Below, piece after piece: positions 1-12,641 of a stretch of 64,000 nucleotides of DNA (positions are counted from its first letter, which is position 1; each line of letters begins with the position of its first letter). Source of the stretch: Vermamoeba vermiformis (lineage: Eukaryota); NCBI GenBank assembly GCA_045837725.1, contig JBEWZL010000239.1:682001-746000 (forward strand). Reading direction: 5' to 3'. The notes beneath the pieces are model-generated. The model was not told the origin of the DNA. It did no database searches and saw nothing but the letters and a program-made list of their open reading frames with translations. A program made the translations under genes and the position numbers.

Positions 1-46
1 AACTTATGATAACTTAGTATTAATATAATTATGTAGCTCGACTTAC

Positions 47-2805
47 CCTTCACGTGCTGCCATTTTGAAGTTGACATCTTGCACATTGATCGAGGGCTTC
101 CAGTCATCGAGACATTTGGGTCTAAATGTCACAAGCACTTGTTGCGTGGTTTCGAGTAGCACTGCGTCATTGGTGGTGGCATTCATCGCTAAGACCAGTG
201 TGACATTAGTGCCGAGCAGTGACTCGTCGTCAGGCACGGTCAGTTCGAGCTGAATAGCGCGCGTGCTCTGTGATTGAAGTGTCACGAGAGCTGTGCCAGT
301 GACATTTCCAGCGAGTTGTTCTTTGCTGTCGATCCACTGATACGGCCAGGCAGGGGACAATACGCGCACGTCAAACTGCTGCTCTTCACACGAGAATGAA
401 TGCCCATTCTCCAGTGTGATGTCGATGGTAAGCTGCAAGCATTAGTTTGATGCTTAATAAGAAGGGTATGGCTTACCTTTCCACCGATCCTGGCCAGTGC
501 CGTGCTGTTCGTTATTATTGCCGGCGGGTTCTTTTGACACGTGTCAGGAAAGACAACGCCAAGTGTCAACATCGAATTGTGTGAAGTGGAGTTGTAGCTG
601 TTAGTGCCATTCAAATGAAACTTGAATGCAGATAGTGTCAATGACGATGTGCCTTGATAACTGAACTGACACTCGACATTGCAAGTCTGTTGCGGCAACA
701 AGAACAACGAATTGGGCGTGCATTGAACGTCCCAGTCTTGGATCTGACTGAAATAAAAGTTGTAATTCAATGGCACGCACGTCATCGTGTCAGCATTGGT
801 CACGGAAAGTGTCACATTGAATTGACTTCGCGTGTCCTTCAAATGAATGAATTGAGTCGTGCTCGTGCTCAATGTGTTGTTCATATCTGCTGCCCAGAGT
901 GTCATGTCGGGAATATAAGAACGCTTCTTTGATGGCGGCAGCAACGGATATTCACCCGTTGTAGTTGTCACGAGTGACGTTGGCAAGAAGTAATCGGAGT
1001 GCGGCAGCACTGTGCTGTATGAATTGCCTAACAAGGAAATATTAGAACGTGTTGGTTTCTCGGTTAGTGACGTACTAATGGTGCAGTAGAAGTGTATGGT
1101 GACGGTGAGTTCGGCTTGATTTTTGTTGAACGTTCTCAAGCTGTCATAACGAATGCCAAAGGTCACCGCTGGATCACGATAAAACTCGCCAGGTCTCAAT
1201 TCAGTCACGTATTGCGTCGGTGCGTTGAAGTAATTCACATGCACAATCAAGCTACAAGTCGTTAGTCAGACATACTTTGTACTTGTTGGTGCGTACCTGT
1301 CTTCTGACACGACATTTTCTCCGTGATAAAACGAGAAAAAGAAGTACGGTAGTGGATTTCGATTGTACTCATCGGCCTTCTTAATCTTCAGTGCCATGTA
1401 CGAGCTATTGGCTGAGTTTTGTGGCAATTGATTGGCCGGTGACAGCGTGTACGTGCCTGCTGTGCTGACTTCTAAGACCTTCTCTGGCGGTATCCAGCCC
1501 AGTTGGACTATAAATAGAACATGTTAATTTGCATCCACGTGTCGTGTAGCGCACGTACTTCTGTACGGGGCGATGAACTGAAATATTTCTGCGTGCTCCA
1601 CCACTGATTGCCCATCCAGCCCGTAGGATCGCCGTACTCGACGAACTCGCCGCTCAACATTAATTTCCTGCCGGCGTGTCGCAGTCCAAAGTTGTGGCCG
1701 AGCTCGTGAACATACACACCGAGATTGTCACAGTTGGACACCCACGTGCGACACAACTCATTGCAGCCTACATTGCCGAGACCATTCCACTTGCACAGCT
1801 AATGAATCGGATTAATATGAAGTCTATTGGCAGTGATGAGACGTACCGTTAAGTGAAGGTGCGGACTGCTGGGCAACACGAAGATGTGATGTTCGTAGCG
1901 ACTGAACTCAACGCCATCACGTTCACGCGCCATCTGAGTAGCTCTGTCAGCCCAGTAGTCTGGCCTGCAATAAGGTTCATCGGCTATTTTTAGATCAAAA
2001 TCATAAGGACCGTAGACATCCATCGTGTCAACTGCAGATCGAGCATTAAAAAAAACAGATCAAATAAATATGTTCTACGTACGGTTATATTGCCTAAATG
2101 AGACTTTGCCAAATGACTGCAGCTCATAAATGCGTTTGTTGCTGAGCTCTGTTATGTTTGAGGTGATCTGAGTGTTCCATAAAGTACGCGCGACATCTTG
2201 GCGCGAACACGAGACCTTAAAGCCAACGGTTAGTAAAGTATTACAGTAGTGTAATAGATTATTTAGAGCTTACCTGCTCGTCAATGAAGTTTATTATAAT
2301 CGCCACCGCTCGTCTAACCGTAACTGCATTTGATGGTGTGTCGAGTGTCGCTCGTTTATTGATGGAACCTTCGATATTATGCTGCGATATGTAAATTAGA
2401 AACGTAATTTCTCTTCAGTAATGCCGTGCTAGCCAGATGTAACGATTTAAAATTTCTTACCAGTTTTATGGACGTTACATTAAATAATTTGTGACTTTTG
2501 TCGATTTTAGTAATATTTGGTAGTGTATTTTCAGCTATATGATGGCCTTGAACAGTTAGAATCATGCCAGATCGCAGGTCATACGACACTTCGCTATCTA
2601 CATTGAGCAGTTGATATTCACCACCGCCATTATTTTTACTGCCTTTAATTATGTGTATTATTTCAGCATGCTGAGTTTCAAAATTATCTGCTTGGTAGAT
2701 TTGGAGTTCTCCAAAGATCTCATTGTAGGCGGTTACTGTACATAATAAATTAAAATATATTACAAATATACACACTACTCGAGAGAGTAATGTGTATTTC
2801 GCCAT
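47..2805 (-). CDS. Secreted peptidase M11 (gametolysin-like) metzincin with C-terminal beta-rich repeats; multi-exon, 3' end runs off the window
   Basis: Signal peptide MAKYTLLSRVVCIFVIYFNLLCTVTA; zinc motif HELGHNFGLRH followed by EYGDPTGWMG (Met-turn); GT-AG introns join ORFs 2377-2805, 1799-2023, 1508-1756, 282-1250 and 43-438; a donor at 46 leads out of the window. Confidence 0.85.
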
Positions 2806-2937
2806 GGCGAACTGATTAAATAAAAAAAGGTGAAAGGAATTTTGGCTCGTGACTCGTACGCGTGACCTAAAAACACAGGTTTGTCAACAAATGTAGTGGG
2901 TAAGATAGGCACAAAGAGGTTCAAAAATACAAGTTTA

Positions 2938-4102
2938 TTATTGTGCCGGCGCGTCTTTCATCTCAACATCAGCAGCGTTGCTATTGCTGGGCTGCGCAGT
3001 GTCTGATTGGCCGTTGTGTTCACTCGTCGTATTCGCGTCGTCTTTAACAGCACCCGGCTCGCTACCATCTTCTTTCACGTCCATTTTCTCGTCTTCAATG
3101 GCACCCTCTTCACTCGGTCTGTCATCATTCTGCGCACTCGTGTCAGGATTTGACGCCACTTCGCTGTCAGGGCGCTGACTCGACTCGTCCATGGGCAAGT
3201 CAATCTGTTGTGTCTGTTGCATCAATAACTCGCGTAGTTGTTGCTCGCGATCGAATTGTTCTTCCATATTCAACTCTCGTTCGAGCTCGTTGATAGAATA
3301 CAAGAGCAATTGGAACTGTTTCGTGCGCAAATCTAGCTTTGAATTTACAACTGCGCTCTCTGATTCAATGAGTGAAAGTTCTTTGCTGACTTTATCCAGG
3401 TCCCTATTGTCACATATTAGCACCATATCGATAATACTAATCGGCGTGCGTCTTACTTTTGCAGTGTTTCTCTTGATGGTAATTCGTTTATTAATTTTGC
3501 TATGGCGTCGTATTCTTCTTTATTCTTCCTAATTACTTTTTGTTTTTCTAATTCTTGTTTGAGCGAGACTATATCTTGCTTCACTATATTAATCTCATTT
3601 TCTAAAGGACAGAGAATTAGCACGAAAAATTCTATCAATGTTATAATCAGTAGTGGACCGTACCTGTTTCGCCAAATGATTTTTGATAATTTTTTGCTTC
3701 TCTTAAGCACGCAGCTGAAATTAGACTCGTGCGTTCGTGGGAATATTGATATTGTTCGAGTTCTCTGATTAACTCGTTGAAAACTTGCGTGCTACTCGAT
3801 TAAAAATTAGAACAGGCATATACAAATATAGTTATTGAATATTCTCAACTTTTGTCCCCTCTCATAATTAAATAAAAATTATGGCAATTATTTTTTCTTT
3901 TGGATCGCGTATTTACCTCTGTTCGGCATCTTCACCGTCTAAAACTATATCTGAAAATGAAATGAATTTTTCCAAGCACGAATTTAAAGGTGTTTCGTTG
4001 TATAACAAGCGCGAGACGATCGCATCTAAGACATGAAATTAGTGGCTAGGTAGCTTTATTTTATATCATACCGTTGATTTCTTGATCTTCTCGTTGCGCC
4101 AT
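2938..4102 (-). CDS. THOC7: THO complex subunit 7 (THOC7/Mft1 family), spliced
   Basis: LKQELEKQKVIRKNKEEYDAIAKLINELPSR and SKLDLRTKQFQLLLYSINEL match the THOC7 pattern; acidic low-complexity tail; ATG at 4102. Confidence 0.85.
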
Positions 4103-4240
4103 TGTATATAGATACTATGAATATAACAAAATAAAACTTGAGCAAAAATTTTGACCGCGCCAGAAACATTCGTCCAAAAAAGGAAACATTTTGTACTGGC
4201 TGTGTTCATTTTCAAATCAACTTCGTACAAGAGACCACAA

Positions 4241-5210
4241 ATGGACTTTGAAGCTCTAATCGGTCAAATCGGCGACCTCGAACGAATCAATCGCGACGAA
4301 GAGCGCAAGTTGATCGAGGAAAAACAAAGGCATGACTCAACCAAGCGAGAACTCGATAAAGGTACAAGCAGCATAATAAATAAGATATACTAATTCTTTA
4401 TGCAGCTTCGACGGAGCTCAAGAGCCAGAAAGAGAAAGAAGTCTTGCTGCTCGAGCGCGTCACTGCGCTGATGACGGAGAAAGAAACGGAGTCCAAGACT
4501 GTTCGTCAGCTTAAGGAGACCATCAAGAGCTTGAAGAAGGAGAATGAGGTGTTAAAGGAGCATAGCGCTAATGAAATCAAGTTGACTAGAGAGAAGCGGT
4601 AAGATCGCGTAACGGATCGTAACGACGCTAATTAAGTTGTAGCGAGGAATATATTGCTGGCTTAACCTTGGCTAACGAGCAACTGCGCAAGATTCGCGAG
4701 CACCAAGCCATCTATGGCATCAACAAAGACGAGAGTCCCGTTATTAAAGAAGTCGCGCACGTGGTCGATCCAGCGCTGGTTGCCGAACGAGATCAGGCTC
4801 TTCGCAGAGTCAACGAGGCCGAACGAAAGGTTCAAGGTCTGGAATCGACTGCCAAGGATCTTGAAGAGACAGTACAAGGCCTAAGAGAGCTTTTGGCTAC
4901 CAAAGAGGAAGAGATCCAGAACTTGCGCGAGCAATCGTCAAGACCTCCAGCGGCTGCCGTGGAACCAGCACCGCCCCAAGTACAAGCACCCAACTTGTCT
5001 GCTGAAGTCGACGCCCTCAAGAAGGAAGTGACTCAAAAAGAGGCCGAAGTCGCGATGGTGTACAAAGAACTCGAGAAGTTGGACCAGTACTGCAAGACCC
5101 TCGAAGAGAATGTCACCAGCTTCCACGAGCTATTCGCGCAGGTCCAAGCTTCAGCCCAAGAGTTGAAGTGCCCGGGCTGTGGTGCTGCAGTGCCGTTCCC
5201 AATCTCGTAA
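4241..5210 (+). CDS. Coiled-coil protein of unknown function with a C-terminal CxxC (KCPGCG); 3 exons
   Basis: Heptad-rich E/K/L sequence in ORFs 4151-4393 and 4668-5210 joined by short GT-AG introns. Confidence 0.7.
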
Positions 5211-5288
5211 TTGTCGCGACAAGTGTTGGTTGGGCATTGTTTCTATTAGAACAAAATTTACTTAGTTAATAAAACACTTACAAGACGC

Positions 5289-6914
5289 TTATCGTCTTTG
5301 TTTCTTCTTATGTCTGTAATCGTCTTCGTCCGAGTCCTCATCGCTGAAACTACCTTCTGACACGTCATCATCGTCCACCACAAATCCCGCGAGGTCTTTC
5401 TCCATCTTACGTTCATTACGCAACACTGCACCTCGTGCTTTGGTCTCTTTGGCTGCGAGAATTCGTCTCTCGACAGCTTCTTCGTCCTATAGACATGGTT
5501 AAAACGATGCAATTAAATGAATCGAGCACGTACGTCTTTATCCCCCACGCGTCTGTATTGAGCCTTAATAGCACCGACGTTGCCCTCATTATCAGAGTCG
5601 TCGTTCAAATAGTCTTCGTTGAACTCTTGTCCTCGTGAAGTTCGTCGCGAGGGTTTCATTCCGCCCTTCTTTAGTGACTCTTTGCGCGCTTGTTCTTGTG
5701 TAAAGTCCTCAGGATTGACCAAACGAGTAAACACTGCAGCACGTCAATATCACAACCGAAGCTGACATCCTTGCTTGACTTACATTTACTGCTTCTCTTT
5801 TTGGTTTCTTTCGCGTCCAATAACATGGCTCGCTTTCTCTTGCCGGCCACTGCGACAGGCACGAAGTTCATCTTGCGTTGCAGTTTCTGATCCATTTCAA
5901 TATAGCCCTTTTGTCGCACGAAAACATGGCGGTGATCACTAATCTGTTGGTCGCGCACTTCAAATGGCGTGTTACCCACAAACAGGTGCATGCTGCCATC
6001 GGACCAACGGACAAGGCGTGTGTTCGTTTGTTTCTGAATGATTATTAGCGTTGCTTAATATCCTGTACTCGACTTACTGTTTGAAGTGATGTGTCGGTCT
6101 TGTCATTTGAGCCTCTAGGAGTCCATCGCCATCGAATGACGCTCTCTGATTTAAACCGGATCTTATCGAAACCTTCCTCTCTGTGGTTGTTACAGTTAGC
6201 CACTAATGATCAAATATCGATGTTAACGTACACATATAATTCCGGTTGTTGATCTACGCCATCGTATGTGCTCGGGTCATAAGGGATGTTTTGCACACCA
6301 ACGATTGAGGGTTTAATTCGGACGAAATGGATCTTGCCAAAACAAATTAATTTGAGCCACAAAAAATATAATATGTATAGTTCGCAACACATATAACAAT
6401 AATCCATCAATAAAAAGGCAATAGAATTGTTCAGGAATTTTTGTTAATTTTTCAAATTACCTTAGCGTTTTCTGGAATGTGTGGAACAGGTTCTGAAGTA
6501 ATAAGTGTGACGCCAGTCGTTTGCGTTTCTTCTCCTGTAAGTCTTTGTGCACCTTTTTTGTTTGTAGTAAAAGTTGAGGTGGTCAGTTTGGCATCTACTT
6601 CATCCTCATCCGAGTGCAAGCTCACATCATCATTAAACAATGCATCGACATTTGTCTCGTCAATATTGTTATTATTGTTAATATTTCCATTGCTGGTTGT
6701 AAGTGGGACTTCAGATTTAAACTCCTCTTGCTCTTCTTCCGAATCTGCACCAAATAAATCTTCCAATAATTTTTGCTTATTTACCTTTGGCGTCTCATCC
6801 TAAATTTACATTATAATTAGCATTATTATTTTTTGGGATGGAATAAATGGATCAAATCCAATTGCAACGGTCATTTACCCTTTCAATCTCCATACTATTC
6901 TCGTCTTGCGACAT
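5289..6914 (-). CDS. LEO1: Paf1 complex subunit Leo1, spliced
   Basis: Acidic N-terminus (DLFGADSEEE); Leo1 core SVIRWRW...TNTRLVRWSDGSMHLFVG; acidic/basic C-terminus. Confidence 0.9.
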
Positions 6915-7069
6915 CGTTGTGTTGGATGAGATTATATTGCAAGAGCGAATAAAGAACTTCAGTTTGTGAAATTTTAGCTCGTTCGCAGTCAAACGTGGTC
7001 AAGCGATATTAAAAATGCAGTTGTTCCGTATTTACAATTACAATACATCAATTTCGTTCGCGTAGTTAT

Positions 7070-8866
7070 TTACAAAGTGATGATTTGAAGGTCAGGCAGT
7101 AGAGTGATTAATTGAGCCACAACTTCTTTTTCTAACGTGCTGCCGATGTCGAGAGTGAGACGCAACAGACTGAGTGACGTCAAGCACGACAGCAGGAGCA
7201 GACCTTGCGAGTTAGGTTCGCTCGAGACGGGAGAGAATACTTTCAGCTTATTAAGCTTGGTTAGCGATGTGAAGAAGTGCAGATCGTCCAAACATATCTG
7301 CTGGGCCCTCGAGGTGGAGGACACAGCATTCAGCGTAATGGCCAAGGACTTCAAGTGCGTTAAGTGTGACAATAGATTGAGACCCCAGAGTTGTTGTGGG
7401 GCTGTGAATGTCAGGTGTTCGAGGCCAGTCAGGCGTGTCAACTCCATCAATGCCGCGGGTCTGCTGTACTTGCCAAACAACTTGAGGGTGCGTAGTTGTG
7501 TGGCATCGGCGACAGCACGTGCCACGTTTGATTTGAGATAGCATGGCATGTATAGCTCTAATCGTGTCAGTTGAGAGATCGGACTCAAGTACGGTCCGCA
7601 GCTGTTGAACTTGGATGTGAACTCGAGCTTGAGACTGCGCAGTGAGGTCATGTATTGAGCCCAGGGAACATTGCCGATCGAGCATCGTATGCCTGATGTG
7701 AGATGAGTCAATATTCAGTTCTGAGTTAGTATTTTCAACACGCACCAGTGACTTCGAGTGCCGCGAGGTTCGACAGCACGGCCATGTCCATCAATGACTC
7801 GTGATGCAAGTGATGAGCCGAGTGAAGATTCAGCTCGCGCAAGTTAGTCAAGTGAATCCAATTCTCCCAGTTCCAGCCGTAGATTGGTGAGAAATGTACT
7901 CGTCTGCAGTCCCAAATGTCCAGTGTCTGAAGTACCGTCAAATGTGACACTGCTTCAACGAATATACTCGGGTCAGCATAATTGATTGACACTTGTAGTT
8001 TTCTAAGATTTTGCAATGCCGCAATGGATCCCCAATTGAATGCCATAATCAGTTCACCTACGCGAAGTGTCAATGCCAAAGTGTCATTTGATGGCATGTA
8101 CTAACCTGTATTCAGACTGACTAAATTGGTCAACGGCGCGAATAATCCCGGTGATACATTGAAGTAGCTGTAATATGAATTTGAAAAGCCCTTCAACTTC
8201 TTCAACTGCGTCAGTCTATTCAGCTTGAGAATGTTCTGAGAGTACTGTCCTTGCCACGAGAGATCAATCAGATTGGTGGCACGTGTCAAGATGTCAATGA
8301 CAATGTCTGAGTTGAAGTCCATCGAGTCCAAATGAAACACGCGCAGTTGTGTCGCAAAATGATCGAGCAAACTGACCGCGAACTTGAATGCATAGCGGTC
8401 ATCAGAGGTGTCAATCTTCAAGCTCGTCAAGTGGCTCAATCGTTTCATATTGTAGAGTGAATAGGTCGATAAATGTGCCGCACCAAAATTGATGCTTTGA
8501 AGTTTGTAACCAGTCTTCAATAATACGCGGTAAAAATTGTGATCTGTGAGAGGCATGCCGAATTCTGATTGAAAATTTCTTAAATCTAATCTCCATCGTT
8601 GATCCCAGCATAACACCTTCCATAGTTTGCACACAAGCTCGATCCTGTATTAAAAAAATAAAATTAATTTAATTACAAAATTAATATTTCTTCATAAAAA
8701 ATCGTTATTAGCATACAATGGGTCGTAATTTAATGATGAGCCGTATTTATTTTGGTTTCATGGCCTCTATCTTTTCTCTTCATGAAAGATGCGATAAGTA
8801 CCTTAACAACGTCCTGAACGATAGACGTGCAAATACAGCTCGCCATAAATCATTAGGCAGCTCCAT
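7070..8866 (-). CDS. F-box/leucine-rich-repeat protein, 4 exons
   Basis: Exon 1 MELPNDLWRAVFARLSFRTLLR spliced to LVCKLWK forms an F-box; many LxxLxxLxL repeats in ORFs 8101-8634, 7735-8097 and 7070-7711. Confidence 0.85.
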
Positions 8867-9127
8867 ATATTTTTTTGGTTTTTTTTCTTATTGGATGCAC
8901 TGCTGCTATCGTGTGTCGTCGATGAGCTCACTCCAAGTTAATATAATAATGATATACTTATGTGCGCCATGTATTGTATACAGATGAGTTGATACGAGAT
9001 TAACTACGATCGAAAGGCGGGACAATAGATTCCCACCAGGGAGGAAATCGACATGTGTCGGATCGGTTTGTACAATTCGCTCTTTTATTTATCGGCTATA
9101 ATTGATTGATAACAACGTATATAACAT

Positions 9128-9958
9128 TTAGTGGCTTCCTTCCAAGAACTTAAGGACGTTTTCGGCGCTGGATTGACCGTAGCCTTTGGAGGGAGATTTG
9201 TTAGCAAAATAATACGCGAGCATTGATTTGAATGAGTTTTTGTTGTGCATAAAATAACTTACCAGTTTCGTCAACAGCAACAAACTTAACAGTCAAGTCT
9301 TCAATGTACATAGCGTAGCGCTTGGATCGGAGGCCCAAACCACCACCGGTAGCGTCCTTAACCAAACCAACAGCCTTGGCCAAGTCACCGTTACCATCGG
9401 CTGTAAATTGTATCAGTAATTAATTATTTGAATCGGTTTCGGATCTTCGGGATCGAAAAACTTACCAAGCATCAAGATGTGTCCGTCGGTCTTTTGGTCG
9501 TGAGCCCAAGCGTCCATAACCCAAGCATCGTTGACTGAAGTGCAAGCGACGAGATCCACCTAGGTGGTTTTGCCGTCAGAAAAGTTTACAGACAAGTCAG
9601 ATTGCGACTTACGCCCTTAGCTTTGAATGCCTTAGCCTCGCGGACGAAGCTAGGGCAGTGGTCCTTGGAGCAAGTGGGAGTGAAAGCTCCGGGAACAGCG
9701 AATAAAACGACCTGCCAGGAGAAAATTAGTTACGCGATTAATGCTAAAGATATTTGAAAATTATTCAAATGCAATGATTTGCCTTAACAAAATTGATACC
9801 ACCAATATGTCACACATATTAATTTTATAAAATTAAGAGCAATATACCTTCTTGCCCTTAAAAACGTCGGTGGTTTGAACACCCTTAGGCTTGTTGTCCT
9901 CTAAGGTGAAGACTTTAACGTCAGGGAAATGAGCACCAGGTTGAATTTGACCGGCCAT
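9128..9958 (-). CDS. Type II / Prx5-family peroxiredoxin, 5 exons
   Basis: Spliced translation [23 protein letters not shown]...[11 protein letters not shown]...MLADGNG...[11 protein letters not shown]. Confidence 0.93.
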
Positions 9959-10304
9959 TGTTTATATGAATGAGTTGTTGTTAATACGTGTTTTGTTTGA
10001 ATGAGAGATCGCAAACATTTCGACCATTTTTATACCTTCCCCAGCGCAGGTTCTAGAAGTAATTGGAAGAGTCACGGAATTCACAGTACACATATAACAC
10101 CGAGGGGTCTCGCGGCGCATGTGAACTCCTTGAAGCATTCGTAAGTTCGTTACTCGCGAACCTCGTTGTTCCTAAAGATTCTGTAAACATTATGCCGCGG
10201 CATAGGTCAAATAGGCATTGTATAATACTATTCTTTTACTTATAAAGTACAAAAAGCTAGAAGGTTCGAGATCTGCCCACGCAAACGGGCCCGAGGTTTC
10301 TCGC

Positions 10305-11053
10305 TTAATCCCACTTGAGCCAGTTCATAAACTCGTTGAAATCAATTTGTCCGTCCTTGTTAGCGTCCAATTTGGTCAAGCCGGAGTAGTAATCACGATC
10401 ACTAAAGAAGATCAGACATCGAGATCCCGTTTTTGGTAAAATTGGGGAGACTTACGATTGATTAACCTGACCCATAGCGGCACATAAAGCCTTGTATTCT
10501 AATAATCAAAACAATGGTTAGTACAAACTGTTATGCACGAAATTTTCCGAGGTCAACCCGAGATTAAAATCAGCAGTTGAAATTAACAAAAAAATTTAAA
10601 TAGATTATTAAAGTGCCGTAGCTTTAACCTTCTAATATACTACGATCGCGAACCGATCGAAATTAATTATAGTAAAAAATTAAAAATTAAATTTAATTTA
10701 ATTTTGGGTTCTTTACCTTCAAAGCTAATCTTGCCCGACAAATCCTTGTCGTAGGACTTGAACATTTCAATTGCCTTGCTCAGGACCGGATCTTCAATGG
10801 CTGAGGCGATAGCCTGGAATCTGTCGTGAGACTGGTACCAGTTGTAAAACTCGGTCCAGCTAATCCAACCAGAGTGATCCTTATCCAATTTTCTCAATAC
10901 TGCTTGAATCTCCACTGGATCTGTGATCGCATAACCGAGATCATAGCACAAATTGTTGAGCTCTTTGATATTGATTTGATCGTTGCCATCGACGTCGTAC
11001 TTTTTGAAATATGATTTTACAACGACGTCGCGAGGGCTGGTAGGGGTGGCCAT
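10305..11053 (-). CDS. Four-EF-hand calcium-binding protein, 3 exons
   Basis: EF loops DVDGNDQINIKE, DKDHSGWISWTE, DKDLSGKISFEE and DANKDGQIDFNE. Confidence 0.88.
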
Positions 11054-11184
11054 GGTGGTGGTTTGTTGGGCGGTTATAAATCAAACGTGGCTGAAAGCAA
11101 TTTTTCCTTCTGAACAAATTGCGTTCACCGGTTTTTGAATAGTTCAAATTTCAGCAAACAGTAATACACAATAAGAGCAAAATA

Positions 11185-12440
11185 ATGGAGTTTCCTACTC
11201 TCGGTAAACACTGCTCGGTCAAAGAGTGTAAACAATTAGGTACATCTAAAAACTTAATTGGTCGCGTCCAAAAATATTTAATCGAGTTACAAAAAAATAG
11301 GCATATTTTTTTTAAATAATTATGAACCGCATTATTTTGAATTTTAATTTTTAATTCTCAGATTTCCTACCGTTCACTTGCGTGCAATGCAAGAAAGTTT
11401 TCTGCCTTGACCACAAAGATTTTAGTGCTCATAAGTGCGAATACCAATATGACGTAAGTAATAGCCGCTAATTATTCCGACTCGCAAATAATTGTAAATA
11501 AAATTAATTATTTTTCGAACTGACATAATTCTTATTAAATAGAGAATAGCGCCTGAATGTCCTATATGCCACCAAATTCTTAGTATACCGAACGGTGCCG
11601 ATCCAAACCTAATTGTAAGACGTAAAATAATTTATGCTCGGGTCTGACACTTGTTTTAGATGAATCAACACATTGACGCAGGCTGTCCCAAAACTCAAAA
11701 ACAATCGACTAATTATCCATGCAGCTATAAGAATTGCAAGAACAACGAACTCGTGCAGATCTTGTGCGACAAATGCAAGCATCAATTTTGTGTCCAGTAC
11801 GTGAAAGAGAATATTATCACTATTCATTTTAGATATGAATTGGCATTAACATGTGTTGTGATATAGTCACAGATATGCAGATAATCATCTGTGTCCAGCT
11901 TTGAACGCGGATGTGGCTAAAAAAGAAACCAAAGATCATGGCGGCTGGAGACAAAATATTCAGGAGCGAATCACCAAATATTTAAATTCGTCAAACCCTA
12001 CAGCCAAAACAGTTAACTTAATGCGAATGAAGAATAAGGCAATCGTATGTAACGGTTGGTCTTTTACAACCGGATCGCTAATTTTATTGAATTAGGGCAA
12101 TAACAAGATACCTGCAGATCAGCGATTCTATTTAGAAGTTATATATCCAATCGACAGTAAAATAGAACCGAAGATGATGTTCTTTGATAGAGAAAATTCG
12201 ATTGGAAAAGTGTTGGATCTAGTGGCTGACGCTGGTAACGTTAAGAACGAAAATAATAAGCCCGATGCACCGGTAAGAGACGCTGTAATAATTATATTAC
12301 GAAGTGTATGCTAATACAATGATTAGAAACTGCATTTAATCTCGTTGAAGTCTGGTGAGCCGATCCCGAATAGTTCGCTGTTGAAAGACCTTAGTGCGAC
12401 ACTACAAAGTGGCGATCCTATTCTATTAGAACGCATTTAA
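11185..12440 (+). CDS. AN1-type zinc finger protein (two AN1 fingers, central CxxC-H-C finger, C-terminal ubiquitin-like domain; ZFAND1/ZFAND2-related)
   Basis: MEFPTLGKHCSVKECKQLDFLPFTCVQCKKVFCLDH; CPICHQ...HIDAGC; CDKCKHQFCV; RMKNKAIGNNKIPADQRFYL...SIGKVLD. Confidence 0.88.
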
Positions 12441-12641
12441 TAAATACCAAGTAAAATAAAGAGCGTTACAATTAGCAGGACAAGTACCAGCCGACATCCG
12501 ATCACTTACCAAGTAACGTGCTAATCTTGAAGCAATATTTTAAGTCCTTTATTGGTAAATGCCACGTGCTTGTTGAGAAACCACGTTTTCAGATATTTTT
12601 TGTTTCAATTTCACGGTAAGTCAGATCGCACACAAGGCAAT

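Noticed and set aside
282-480. Apparent frameshift between ORFs 282-1250 and 43-438
   Set aside because: Explained by a 44-nt GTAAG...CTAAT...CAG intron at about 435-478
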